Shown here piece after piece: positions 12,102 through 24,819 of a stretch of 64,000 nt of DNA. Made by a program: the position numbers and the translations under genes. The DNA is from Octopus sinensis (lineage: Eukaryota). The notes below the pieces were generated by a model that searched no databases, had not been told where the DNA came from, and was given only the letters and a program-made list of their open reading frames with translations. The stretch is from the NCBI RefSeq assembly GCF_006345805.1, contig NC_043006.1, forward strand, positions 14,632,001 through 14,696,000, read 5' to 3'. Positions within the stretch are counted from its first letter, which is position 1. Each line of letters starts with the position of its first letter.

Positions 12102-12508
12102 TGTTGTTGTACTTAGGAATGGTCATTTTGCCAGTTTAGCCAATAAAAACACACGCACTATATTTGGTGTTAATTTGCTTCAGTGTTATTTATTTTTTTA
12201 CGTTAACCGCGGGCATGGCTGTGTGGTTAGGGAGCTTGTTTCCTAGCTATATAGTTTCGGGTTCAGTCCCACTGCGTGGCACTTTAGGCAGGTGTCTTCT
12301 GCTATAGCTCCGAGCCGACCGAAGCTTTGTGATTGAATTCGGTATGCGGAAGTTACTGCCGTGTGTGTATGTGTTTGTGTAGGTGCTCAGTGCCTCTCCG
12401 AAAGAGAGAGAGGGAACCTTAATCTTATTTCGGCCAGAGTTCTTTCATCACACTTCTGTGACCTTATTGGCTGAACTGGCAAAATGACCATTCCTAAATA
12501 CAACAACA
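12102..12508. mobile_element. TIR element (about 44-bp TIRs) containing a family B SINE fragment
   Basis: TGTTGTTGTACTTAGGAATGGTCATTTTGCCAGTTTAGCCAATAA versus the reverse complement at 12464-12508; SINE head at about 12211-12385. Confidence 0.75.
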
Positions 12509-12619
12509 TGTTTCAACACACGATTTCACATCAAGAATCTTGCAAAACAAATATATAAACGTAATAATATATTAATTTAACATGTTATTAACTGAGCTTG
12601 TAATTACTATGTTTGTGTA

Positions 12620-12627
<8 letters not shown>

Positions 12628-12676
<49 letters not shown>
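12628..12676. repeat. (TA)n microsatellite
   Basis: Direct reading; other long (TA)n tracts at about 14240-14292, 24528-24560, 24921-24968, 43888-43929 and 44240-44280. Confidence 0.95.
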
Positions 12677-12678
<2 letters not shown>

Positions 12679-12913
12679 TCATCATCATCATCATTTAACG
12701 TCCGTTTTCCGCGCTAGCACGGGTTGGACGGTTTCGACCGGGGTCTGGGGAGCTCGGGACTGCCCCAGGCTCCAGTCTAGTCTGGCAGTGTTTCTACAGC
12801 TGGATGCCCTTCCTAACGCCAACCACTCCGCGAGTGTAGTGGGTGTTTTTTACGTGCCACCTGCACAGGTGCCAGAGGGGTCTGGCATCGGCCACGTTCG
12901 GATGGTGCTTTTT

Positions 12914-13735
12914 ATGGGGGGGGGTGCAGAAATATAGGGGAGCACCAGTGGGAGGGATGGTTCAGAGGACAGGTACTAGGCAAGTAGAACGTAGGATACC
13001 GAGAGAGGGGGGTAATGCATGGTGAAATAGCGTATTGAAGAGGGGGCTTCAAATAGTAGACACCTATAATGGTGGTGGGGGGGTGCAGAAATATAGGGGA
13101 GCACCAGTGGGAGGGGGTGGTTCAGAGGACAGGTTCTAGGCAAGTAGAACGTAGGATATCGAGAGAGGGGTAACGCATGGTGAAATAGCGTATTGAAGAG
13201 GGGGGTTCAAAGAGTAGACACCTATAATGGTGGTGGGGGGGTGCAGAAATATAGGGGAGCACCAGTGGGAGGGGTGGTTCAGAGGACAGGTTCTAGGCAA
13301 GTAGAACGTAGGATATCGAGAGAGGGGTAATGCATGGTGAAATAGCGTATTGAAGAGGGGGGGTTCAAAGAGTAGACACCTATAATGGTGGTGGGGGGGG
13401 TGCAGAAATATAGGGGAGCACCAGTGGGAGGGGTGGTTCAGAGGACAGGTTCTAGGCAATTAGAACGTAGGATATCGAGAGAGGGGTAATGCATGGTGAA
13501 ATGGCGTATTGAAGAGGGGGGTTCAAAGAGTAGACACCTATAATGGTGGTGGGGGGGGGTGCAGAAATATAGGGGAACACCAGTGGGAGGGGTGAGGGGA
13601 ACACCAGTGGGAGGGGTGGTTCAGAGGACAGGTTCTAGGCAAGTAGAACGTAGGATATCGAGAGAGGAGTAATGCATGGTGAAATAGCGTATTGAAGAGG
13701 GGGGTTCAAAGAGTAGACACCTATAATGGTGGTGG
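12914..13735 (+). repeat. G-rich tandem repeat, about 158-bp unit x about 5
   Basis: The motif CACC-TATAATGGTGGTGGG recurs with TATAAT at 13065, 13223, 13381, 13539 and 13722 (last unit has a 25-bp internal duplication). Confidence 0.95.
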
Positions 13736-14237
13736 GAGAAACGACATCCGGTATAGTTGGAGCAAAATAGAGATATTCGGTATTGGTGGTGGGGGTGGGG
13801 AGGGCGGGCGCGCCGCGAAGAATCGGCAGCCAATTTCTATCAGCCCTGTAAGGGAGAATAGATCTTAAATATCTATAACGATAACTAGTGAATTATACAG
13901 AATATGCAAAAACGAGGCGAGGCTGAAATAGTAAACAGAGTGGCGTCTAGGGGGATCAGAATAATAATAATAATTAATAAATAGAAATACGGGATGAATT
14001 AAAGTTCAAGGATTTCTTATCTTGGGATCACTTCGTTTACGGACAGTCTTGGCAAAAGGAATTCATATATATATATATCTCACTGTATAACTATTGACCA
14101 AACTATTAGACTGCTGGTTACAATGTGCTTCCTTGCATTGTTGTAACTTCTGATGCCATGCCACTGACAAGGTAGGCTGGACCAATGCTGCTGCTGAATA
14201 GAATGGCAGTCTGATACAGGGTTATCCATTTACAGCT

Positions 14238-14295
<58 letters not shown>

Positions 14296-14700
14296 TAAAG
14301 ACCAAGGAAGATTTCATGAATGACCATGGGATTGCATCTAGAAAGTTACCCTCCAAGGCACAAGTCCGGGCAAGGTTGTTTATGGAAGACCAGAAGTTGC
14401 CCATGCATACCAGCCTCCCCTCTCTATTCATGTATGAATTGATGCAGAGAACATGTTTCTTCAGTGAATATCTTCTATGTATCAACTTAATAATTTGTAA
14501 AGAACTCATTGCTTCTTGTTAAAAATTATGGTAAAGCAGTAGAAGAAATGCATATCTGTAAATATATCCATTGTTAAGTAGTTAAAATGGATTTCCAATA
14601 ATAGCTTTTGAACTTAGAATCTGAGTTACTTCACCTAACCCATTAGCATTGTTGGGTAGGTGTGAGAGGCTGGATCTGGCCTGTTTCTACATAAAGCAGG

Positions 14701-14886
14701 GAAAGCAAAAGCCAATGCAGCTTGGCACCAGTGACATCACAACTCATTTCTACAGCTGAGTGAACTGTAGCAATGGGAAATAAAGTGTCTTGCTCAAGAA
14801 CACAACATACAGCTTGGTCCGGGAATTGATATCACTACCTCATGCTTGAATTGAACTCACTATCTCATGCTTGTGAGTCCAATGCT
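14701..14886 (-). mobile_element. CORE-like SINE family C fragment flanked by 88-bp direct repeats
   Basis: Matches the family C consensus (35078-35313); repeats at 14613-14700 and 14887-14974. Confidence 0.8.
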
Positions 14887-15136
14887 CTTAGAATCTGAGT
14901 TACTTCACCTAACCCATTAGCATTGTTGGGTAGGTGTGAGAGGCTGGCTCTGGCCTGTCTCTACATAAAGCAGGTAGAATATATGGCTGGATATGGCCAG
15001 TTTAAGTGCTAAAGGGTTAAGTTATCCCAACAAATTGAAAAATCAAATGATTGATTTATTTTAATTGACGATTACCTGGGTTATTGGCTGGTTTCTATAT
15101 TTTATATATTTTCTTTGTGGCATCTTTCATTTGCAG

Positions 15137-15242
15137 GTTCCACACATACAATGGAACTCGGCCATCAGAAACAGTACCATCAGGAGCTCAGGTAACAGAA
15201 GAAGCTGTATTTGCTAAACCACCCGATGCCAGAACACCACGG
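15137..15242 (+). CDS. USP9X: USP9X coding exon 4
   Basis: ttgcag| FHTYNGTRPSETVPSGAQVTEEAVFAKPPDARTPR |gtatgt; 106 nt. Confidence 0.95.
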
Positions 15243-17298
15243 GTATGTGTTATTATTTTTTTTTGTTATTTCTTTGTATGTGTGTGTGTGTGTGTGTGAT
15301 TACATTGTGTTTTTGGTTTGCACATAGAAAGACAAATATTAAACTATCCTCAGATATAAGTGAAGTGTGTAATTAATTATATGTGTATATGTATATGTTA
15401 CAAGAACATTGAACCTACATTATAAATGGATACAGCTAGTTCATTAGATCTCTACTAATGTCACTGAAAATACAGCAGTTAGTTAATCTGCTCAGTAAGA
15501 ATCATAGATACATGTTAAAATACTCATATAAAATCATACTATGTATTGAGATTTAGTTGATTCTAAACATGCTAGCTTTTTAATATAAGAACTATAATCC
15601 TTGAAACATATCTTGAAAATAATTAAGCACTGTTCTGGCCTCTTCTCTCATACTTTATCTCCTCATCTCCTAGCGTAGAGTTGCCTCTCTCGGAGTTAAT
15701 AATCTTACAAGTTGCATGGTAACTTCACTGGTGCTGGTGGCATGGAAAAAAGCTTCTAGTACATGCTGTGAAGTGATTGGCTTCGAGAAGGGCATCCAGC
15801 TATAGAAGTCATACCAAAGTAGACAATGGAACATAATGAAGTTTTGGGGCCTGTTAGATCCTGTCAAACCATCCAATTCATGCCAGCCTGGCATAAAGAC
15901 ATTAAATGATGATGAATGTTTTAATGGGTTTTTTTATGTACATTTTAGATTTATTTAATTTTGGTACATTATTTATCTCTGGAACATGATTATGATCTAA
16001 ATGAGTAGATTAAGTACTTTAAGATTTAATAATGAAATTTTAGCAAATATATTCCATGTAATGTAGGGGCCAGTAAACATTTTATATCATTGGCCCCTTT
16101 GTGCTATCATTGATAACCTCCATCATGTAAATTTCTAAAATGAAATTAAAAATATAATTCATAAAATGTTTCTTGATTTAAAAAACAATTCTTCTGTTCT
16201 TTTGTGTTATTACTGCTTTCAAAGAAATATTTTCAAGAAATTTAATGAAAATATTCAGTGAAATTGATAAAGAACAGCAAAAATTCAGTCATCTTATATA
16301 ATCAGGATATTGACCCCTTTGTATAACCACTGTATAATCTAGGGAGTAAATATGACTACTTAGCCAACTACTAAAAGAATGTAATCAACACCTCTACTGC
16401 TCAGCATTCACGAGCTATTTCTTTATGTTCCCTTCCATACCAATATTTACCACTGACCATGTCTCCACCCTTGTATATCATGTTTTACATTTACCTTTGC
16501 CCCTGTCTCCAACCATCTTTCACTCTCTTTTCATGCTCATATGAACTTATCCACTCACCCTTTTTGATCCTCGAACTGTGCTTTCTTATAATCATTTTCT
16601 TGTATCTTTAGAATAAACCCTGACACCTTGTCACCACCAACTCTATCTTTCTAGCTATTCCCAATCACTCTTATATAATGAGAGGTAGTCATATTTCTCC
16701 TTGTACCTGTCCCTCTGTTATTCTTTAGCCTCTCAACACCTGACATAATGGCATTTCCTTGCCTACGACCACCCTACTCTGTTGAGAGAGGGAGACTTTT
16801 TCCTTTGTCTTATTAGTTAGTTGGTAACCTCATTAGTTCTAGTTTCCCGGAAAAAGCACTCAGTACATTCTGTAAAGTGGTTGGTGTTAGGAAGGGCATC
16901 CAACTGTAGAGGCCATGTCGAAGTAGATGTTGGAGCTTGACACCGTCCTCAGGCTTCTTAAACCATGTCAAAACATCCAACCTATGCCACTATGGAAGAC
17001 AAACGTTAAATGATGACAGTGAAGCTGGCTCCCCCAAATGTAAATGAGATGTCTTCAACTTCCAAGAATGTAAATGAACATATATAACTGATGTGGATAT
17101 TAAAACGACAGGGAAAACTTAGTTCACTCTGTTTTAATTTTCAAAAAATTGATGCTTCTTGGTTGAAAACCTTTTATTTCAGTTGCAACACAAACACGAT
17201 GTGCACATAACCATGATTTGTAATTGACTAGTCTAGAATCTGTACTTAGTGTCAGCAAGATAGACTGATATACAATACAGCAAGGTAGACTGCTATAC

Positions 17299-17521
17299 TA
17301 TTGCCCACAGGGGGCTAAACATAGAGGAGACAAACAAGGACAGACAAAGGGACTAAGTTGATTACATTGACCCCGGTGTGTAACTGGTACTTATTTAATT
17401 GATCCCAAAAGGATGAATGGCAAAGTTGACCTCAGTTGAATTTGAACTCGGAACATAACGGCAGATGAAATACAGCTAAGCATTTTGCCCGGTGTGCTAA
17501 AGATTCTGCCAGCTTGCCGCC
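17299..17521 (-). mobile_element. SINE family A
   Basis: Consensus match; short CTATAC direct repeat at the ends. Confidence 0.85.
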
Positions 17522-18394
17522 CTATACAGTATATTGCATCAATACTTGAGTAATTAGGTCAGATTTCATGATCATATAGTTCAGTAGTTAAAAATGCTAA
17601 AACTCCTTCAAGAAACAAAATTGATTGGATGTTCAGCTCTATTTCCTGGCTGAATAATAAACATATATTTCAAAATATACCCAAAATCTTAGGCTAAACA
17701 ACAGCTAAAAGACTAATGAAACAAAAAATTCATAATAAACTCACACTCACACACACTCTATCATCACTGGTGTCATACTATTTTATATATAAAATCATTT
17801 TTTATTATTTTTATGTCTGCTTATTCCGTGCTGGTTTAAGTTGGACAGGATGTACAGACTGTTAGTTGTTATTTCAAGTTGCTGCCCTCTTAGATGGGTG
17901 GGGACTGTATTTGGCTTTTATGTTCCATTTTTTGGCATGGTTTCTAGAGTTGGGTACCCTTCCTGTCATCAACCACATTACATAGTATATTGGGTGTACA
18001 CTGTAATCATCATCATCGTTTAACATCTGCTTTCCATGCTAGCATGGGTTGGATGGTTCGACCAGGGTCTGGCAAGCCAGGAGGCTGCACCAGGCTCCAG
18101 TCTGATCTGGCAGTGTTTCTACAGCTGGATGCCCTTCCTAACACCAACCACTCCGTGAGTGTAGTGGGTTCTTTTTATGTGCCAGTGGCACAGGGGCCAG
18201 ACGAGGCTGGCAAATGGCTACGATCGGTTGGTGCTTTTACGTGACACTGACACAGACGCCAGTCAGGTGGCACTGGCAACTGCCGCGTTCGGATGGTGCT
18301 TTTAACGTGTCACCGGCACGGGTATCTTAACTACAATTTCCATTAGGAAGACAACATAGAGTTATTTCAAATATTTCTGATTACCCTTTGATAT

Positions 18395-18436
<42 letters not shown>

Positions 18437-19969
18437 AGTGTTATGTAGATAGTTGTTGTTCCTGATAAAGCCCTATAATGGCTCTATTTGTTTGTTGATC
18501 AGTACCAGTGAATGGTTTTGTCCCTAGCAGATATTGGTGCTTGGAAGAGCATTCTGCTGTTGAAACCATGCCAAAACTGAATCATTAGTGCTTGATGGGA
18601 TCCTTCCACCTGGTGGATCTTGTCAAGCCATTTAACCCATGCCTGCTTAAAAAAATGAACATAAAATGATGATGATAGATAGAAGGGAGATTGAATGAAA
18701 AAGGGCTACAGTGAGAGCATGATATAGGAGAGAGTAAAAGTAGGGAGAAAGTGATAGACAACCATGGTCATCGTTGGTAAGGAGATCGTTGAAACAGCGT
18801 GGGCAGTGTGATGGAGAAAGAGAAGAAGAAGATGGAGGGATAGAAGTGAAAGTACTGGTAGTGAGAGGGTTGGGAGAGGATGAGGCTGATAGATGTCAGC
18901 AATGAGCCACTGGGGAGAAGGGAGTTAAATGAAACTGAGTGATGGAGGGTAATAAAGATGGGTGATGGTAAGAGAGTGGGAATGTAGATATTGATGGATG
19001 TGAGTAATGAGTAATAGGGGAAGTCGTAATGGGGGGGAAAAAAAAGAGAAACATAAATAGCAATAAAGATAGAATAATGGGGACATTGAATATGGATGGA
19101 TCTGATACTATGCCAGTCCTCTTAACACAAGAAAGAGATAGTGTTAGAAAGGGGACACTGAGTGAGTGATAGATGAGAAAGAGTAAAGAAGAGAGGAAAA
19201 GCATGATATATAATAAACATAATACAAACATAATGGTCTGGGGAGATCCAAATGAAGATATTATACATAATTTCCATCATCCTCATCATGTTACATCCAT
19301 TTGTTCCCCATCCTTGCATATGTTTAGTGTGTTTTCTCTAGCACAGTGCTTTCACTTTGGCACAAGATGCCCTCCTCCGTTGTCTCTTTTGTGAAGTTGA
19401 TCTACTTGAGATCAGTTTTCATCATTTTGTCAATATCATCTTTGGCCTCTTGCTTTTATATATTCTATCCACTTTGAGTGATTGATATTTTATAGAACTG
19501 GTGTCCTCACACACACACACACATTCATATAAATACAGTGTACATTTAAACACATAAGAGGTATCCATCAGAGGATTCCTTGCACACTAGAGAGGACAGT
19601 TAAATTCCAAACCTCTTTTAGGGATAAAATTTCGAAGGGAATGAAAAATAAAAACATTTACCATCTAACTCCTGGACCAATGATTCCAGACTTGTTTTTT
19701 AGCAAATAAAATAATTTGCTAGGCGAAGTCTTCTTCAGCAGGTACACCTTAGATTAAATATATATACACGAGGCAATCCAGTATATGCCCCGTGCTTATA
19801 CATTCTAATTTTTCAAATCTACTGCACAAGCGCAGCTCCTTGTCAGTAGTAAATAAAATATATAGTCTATTGACTAAATTTTTACACACTAGGCCACTGG
19901 TAATGGAATTCTCAAATATTTCTGATTACCCTTTGATATTATTAATTATATATATTGGATTTTGTATTG

Positions 19970-20352
19970 GCATCCTTTCTGTCTCGGGAGACAATGGAGT
20001 TGCGCATGTTTTTTTTTTTGTTTTTTTTTTTGTAGTCTAGTCCGGCTTTTATATTTCATGTCCTGATACATTTCCTGCTGTGGCTGTGTAGTCCTATCCT
20101 AGACAAACACTCCCTCTGGCAGGTACCACAAATGTAGCGATGGCTGGTTGTAGTGCCATAGTCTCTTGTTTACGTCTCTTCCTTTCTTTCCATTTCTCCT
20201 CTCTCTCTCTGTCACTCTTTTGTATTCCCTCTTTTACTGTACGTCGCCATTCTCCACGGTTGCCGGCAACTGCCTCCCAACCGCTAATATTGATGTTGCA
20301 GGCCTTCATATCCCTTTTGCAAACATCCCTGTAACGTAAGATCGGTCTACCC
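19970..20352 (-). mobile_element. RTE (BovB-like) LINE 3' fragment
   Basis: Peptide GRPILRYRDVCKRDMKACNINISGWEAVAGNRGEWRRTVKEG is typical of an RTE ORF C-terminus; the 3' end reads CCATTGTCTCCCGAGACAGAAAGGATGCC. Confidence 0.75.
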
Positions 20353-20869
20353 ATATAAAAATACAAGTGTTATCTTCTCTCTTGTATCCATTTTCCCCCC
20401 TCTACTCAGTTGTACTCTTTATTCTCTAACACTATGCTCACCTTCTCTTTTCAATTTTTATGAATCCTCCACATTTTCCCTACCATGCAGCATTGCTCTT
20501 TGTGCAAGCATTGTGGAAATTACCTTTCATTCTGAAAGAGAAACCCTTTGTTACCAGCAGAAGTTGTTACAACTCTGAACTTTTTTTTCTAACCCATTCT
20601 TACCTTATAAACTCTGCTTCCAGAACACCTACTACAGCTACTCATTAGTGGTTACTCACTGCAGTAACAAAAGCCATCCAGTATTTCTCGGAAGCCCTCT
20701 GTGCATTTCTAGAATTTATTGAACTTGTACCTATACTGCTAATTACTCCTATATATCAGTTTACCTGTAATTCTATGCCACTTCTTTATGACTATAGTTT
20801 ACAGGAGGTACACTGTATGGAATTCCTACCTCTTCCTTTTCAGAACATTGAGAATGGCCATTATTTTTC

Positions 20870-22190
20870 TTTTGGCAATTGAATTTCGTTTTCTTTCTTG
20901 CTAACTAATTCTTTAGTCAGAGTTTTGCTTTCAACTTTGTAATTTCTTCTCCAAATGTATGACCGATTGAACTATAAGAACTAGGTCATCTGCATACTGA
21001 AACCATGCCAAAACTGAATCATTGGTGCTTGATGGGATCCTTCCATCTGGTGGATCCTGTCAAAACATTTAACCCATGCTAGCATATTATGGCCTGGAAA
21101 ACTATAATAAACAGAAAATTAGGCTCAATACTGAACCCTGATGCATACCTATTTCTTTACTACCCACAAGGGGCTAAACACAGAGGGGACAAACAAGGAC
21201 AGACAAACGGATTAAGTCGATCACATCAACCCCAGTGCGTAACTGGTACTTATTTAATCAATCCCGAAAGGATGAAAGGCAAAGTTGACCTCGGCGGAAT
21301 TTGAACTCAGAACGTAATGGCAGACGAAATACGACTACGCATTTTGCCCAGTGTGCTAACGTTTCTGCCAGCTCGCCGCCCTAATGCATACCATCGTTCA
21401 TGATAAAATTTCTTGTTGAACTTGTTAATCCTCACCTGGCTGGCAGCAGCTCTATACATGGACTGCATGGTTCTCACAAGCCATTCATTTATTCTTAATT
21501 TTCTTAATGGTCACTAGATTACAGTGTGTAGAATTTTGTTAAAAAGCCTTCTCCAGGTTGACAAAGCTAGGGAGAGTGGCTTACTCCTAGCTAAGCACTT
21601 GTCTTGTATTGTCTCACTTGGAAGTGAGTATTGGTGGTACTCTGAGCATAAATTTCAACTGTGTCTTCTCTAAGCTAATTTTCTTCCTAATCAATTGTGC
21701 TATATAATTGCTTCAGTTATTTTCTTGGCCTTGGCCATCAGTTTGATGCTTCTAGAGTTGCTTTATTTTAAAATATCTCCTTTGCTCCTGTAGCACTTAA
21801 TGAAGATATTGCGACACCAGTCATTTTGCATAGTACTTTTGTGTGCAACAACCTGGTTAACTATGTGAGTGACTAGTATGTGACCTACTTCACCAGATAT
21901 TTTGAGCATTTTTGTTTCTATTCTTAATGGCCCAGTTTTTATGTCCTCAGCTGCACTTTTAACTTTATTATCAATGTCATTGGCTACTCTGAGTTTCTTG
22001 GGGTTAGGCCTTCACTCTCTTCTACATATAATGAAGGGCAAGGGCACAGTTCTCTCCAATTTCTCTCTGGTACACTGCTTTGCAATCTGGAACAGATCCT
22101 CATGTTGCAGAATAAATAAGAATCTCTTACTTTCAATTTCTCCTTTTGATATATATACCAGGGACATGTCATCTAGGTAGGCAAGATAGG
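20870..22190 (-). mobile_element. Degraded RTE LINE RT region interrupted by SINE insertions
   Basis: Minus-strand motifs VNLEKAF, LRKLRINEWLVRTMQSMY and YADDLVLI; a family A SINE at 21150-21383 is inserted. Confidence 0.7.
21150..21383 (-). mobile_element. SINE family A, full length with ATGCATACC TSD
   Basis: Direct repeat ATGCATACC at 21141-21149 and 21384-21392. Confidence 0.9.
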
Positions 22191-23349
22191 CAGTGCCTTC
22201 CTTGAATAAAATAGATCAATAGCAGCATTTTCCATTGATGACAAAATAAGGACCTAATTCAATAAAATTATGAAAGTTACTCTGATTACTATGCGTAATA
22301 TGCAAAATATTTTATTGTTTTGTAGATTAATTAGGCATAATTTGCCCCTACTTTTCAATCTCAGTATCTAAGCTATGCATAGTACTGCTGTAGTACACAT
22401 GCTGCGTACACTCCTACAACACCGTTTTCTTTATGTGCTACAAAGGCAGAAATAAATCTGCCTTCAACTCAGTCGCACACCTGTGTTTCGCTTATTTTTT
22501 GTGTGTTTTACTACATAAAGGTCACTGACTGCCTACCCTGAGTAATTACTGATGGTACATGCCTGATATATATATACCTGACATCTGGTTTCTCTTCTAA
22601 CTATTTGATATTGTTTTGCTGCCTCTTATCTTTCAGTCCTTCTTGGCTGTCTTTTAACTTTGTGGTTTTATTTGCTATACCATTTCATCTCCATGTCACT
22701 TTCTACATGATTGGACCCTTGCTCTAGCTACATATCATCATCATCGTTTAATGTACGTTTTCCATGCTAGCATGGGTTAGACGGTTCGACCGGGGTCTGG
22801 AAAGCCAGGAGGCTGCACAAGGCTCCAGTCTGATCTGACAGTGTTTCTACAGCTGGATGCCCTTCTTAATGCCAACCACTCCATGAGTGCAGTGGGTGCT
22901 TTTTACATGCCACTTGGCACAGGTGCCAGGGGAGGCTGGCATCAGCCATGTTCGGATGGTGCTTTTTACATGCCACCGGCACAGGTATCACAACTACAAT
23001 TTCCATTGATTTTTTTATTTATTTCCATTAATCTGGTTTGTAATTCTCTGCCAGTTGTCTCATAGGACCTCTGTCCCTCCCAGTTGTCCTCTGTGTTATG
23101 AGTCTCTATTTCATCCTCCTTTCTATCATAAGCATCAACTTGTACTTCTGAACCTTCAGCTGGTCGAGGGTTCTTTAAGCTTCCATATTTTCCACTAGTA
23201 ATAAATGACCTCAAGATAAGAGAGATGGTACATTCTACACTGGGGAAGAATAGTCACAACCAGCTATCTCTCTAGGTTCCTGCTTCATACATACATGCAC
23301 TTACATTTTGAGCTAGTAAAGGAAAATAAGTAACCACACAATATTGAGA

Positions 23350-23712
23350 GGCAGTTGGATGGAACTTACACTTGCCTCCTTATGAGAGCTCAACATCTCT
23401 CGTGGAAGCGTCATCCAACCAAAGTACAAATATATGGGAAATTACCACCTGTATCATCTCTTGTGAAAGGTAGAAGAGTCCAGTTTGCTGGACATTGTTG
23501 TAGAGCCGAAAACGAGGTAATTTCTACTCTTCTCTCTTGGAAGCCATCTGCTCGCGATACCAGAGGGCACACACTCTCCTACCCTGATGTAATCTCCAGG
23601 GATACAGGCATCCAGCAACGGGACCTCCGTAATGCTATGATGGACCGTGAAGTCTGGCGTAACATAGTAAATTCCATTGTCTCGGCCATGGTCGAACAAT
23701 GATGAAGATGGG
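23350..23712 (+). mobile_element. RTE-clade LINE 3' fragment (third family), open frame to the stop
   Basis: DGTYTCLLMRAQHLSWKRHPT...RRVQFAGHCCR...WKPS...RG...SRDTG...MMDREVWR is a typical RTE C-terminus; short GATGAAGATG tail. Confidence 0.75.
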
Positions 23713-24528
23713 GCTCAGAAAGAAAAAAAAAAACCATTTGTCCCTGTTTGTTTCTTTTTGTTTTTTTCAGCCAGAACAGATATGGTGTAGCTCTCACCCC
23801 CCACTCTACCTTTCATTCTCTTTCTCACTCTAATTGTCCCTCTCTCATTCTCTTTTTTTTCTGCATTCTATTTCTGGTTTTCACTAAGAGTAGATCAGAC
23901 ATACTCAGTTAAGACCAAACTTTCTTTGACTTGCTATTATTTTTGCTCATCACCAGTACTAAGTTTTTTTTAATAAATAAATTAGTCAATTCATTATAGG
24001 AAGGTTAATTAAGATTTGTGCTTTGTTTTACCAAAACTTTTTGTTCTATTTTTAACCTAGAAAAAAGAATGTCGGGTTACCTACTTTTTGTTTCCAACTC
24101 CCACACACTCACACATGGGTTTCCCCCCATCATATGATGCATATTTCGGAAGTATACTTTTATCAGAAAATAGAACTTACATGCAATAGTTATAATTTAA
24201 CATTTATCAAATTTCTTGGTGTTTATGCAAAATGATGAAGTGAATGATAATTTTTCGAAGAAAAAATATTACCATAGAATTAAACAAAAAAAATTTTCTC
24301 ATTTGTATAACTCGTCACATAATTTTGTCATTTACTCCCTCTCTTCCTCCATCTCAGTGGTTCTTTCTCTGTGTGTGTGTGTGTGTGTAGCTTTCATTTA
24401 CTCATTGTGTGCCACCAAGCCTGGTATGTGCATTCATCTTGCATCTCTCTGTATCTCTCTCTTTGCATCTCTGTATGATGTAAAGCATGACTGGTGAAAT
24501 CACCTGACTAACAAACATTTACATCAGC

Positions 24529-24559
<31 letters not shown>

Positions 24560-24564
<5 letters not shown>

Positions 24565-24819
24565 ATAAGATACAGTGTACATTTAAACACATGAGGAATC
24601 CACTCATGGGATTCAACACGCTAGAAAGAACTGCTAGGTTCCATAACCACAAAATTAGGGATAAAATTTGACAGGAACGAAATGAAAAAATAAAAACATT
24701 TTACCATCTAGTTTCCTGGACCAATTTTGTGGTTATAAAACCTAGCTGTTCTTTCTAGCGTGTTGAATCCCATGAGTGGATTCCTCATATATTTAAATGT
24801 ACGCTGTATCTTATGACTA
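24560..24819. mobile_element. Fold-back element with about 100-bp inverted arms
   Basis: TAGTCATAAGATACAGTGTACATTTAAA...TTTAAATGTACGCTGTATCTTATGACTA; a related non-palindromic copy lies at about 19533-19945. Confidence 0.85.

Noticed and set aside
12914-13833. ORFs 13136-13459 and 13621-13833 (PRTCPLNHPSHW repeats)
   Set aside because: Translations of the 158-bp satellite.
18690-19330. Purine-rich low-complexity stretch giving ORFs at 18896-19394 (similar tracts near 940-1160 and, pyrimidine-rich, 16400-16810)
   Set aside because: Compositional bias only; no periodicity or protein similarity recognised.
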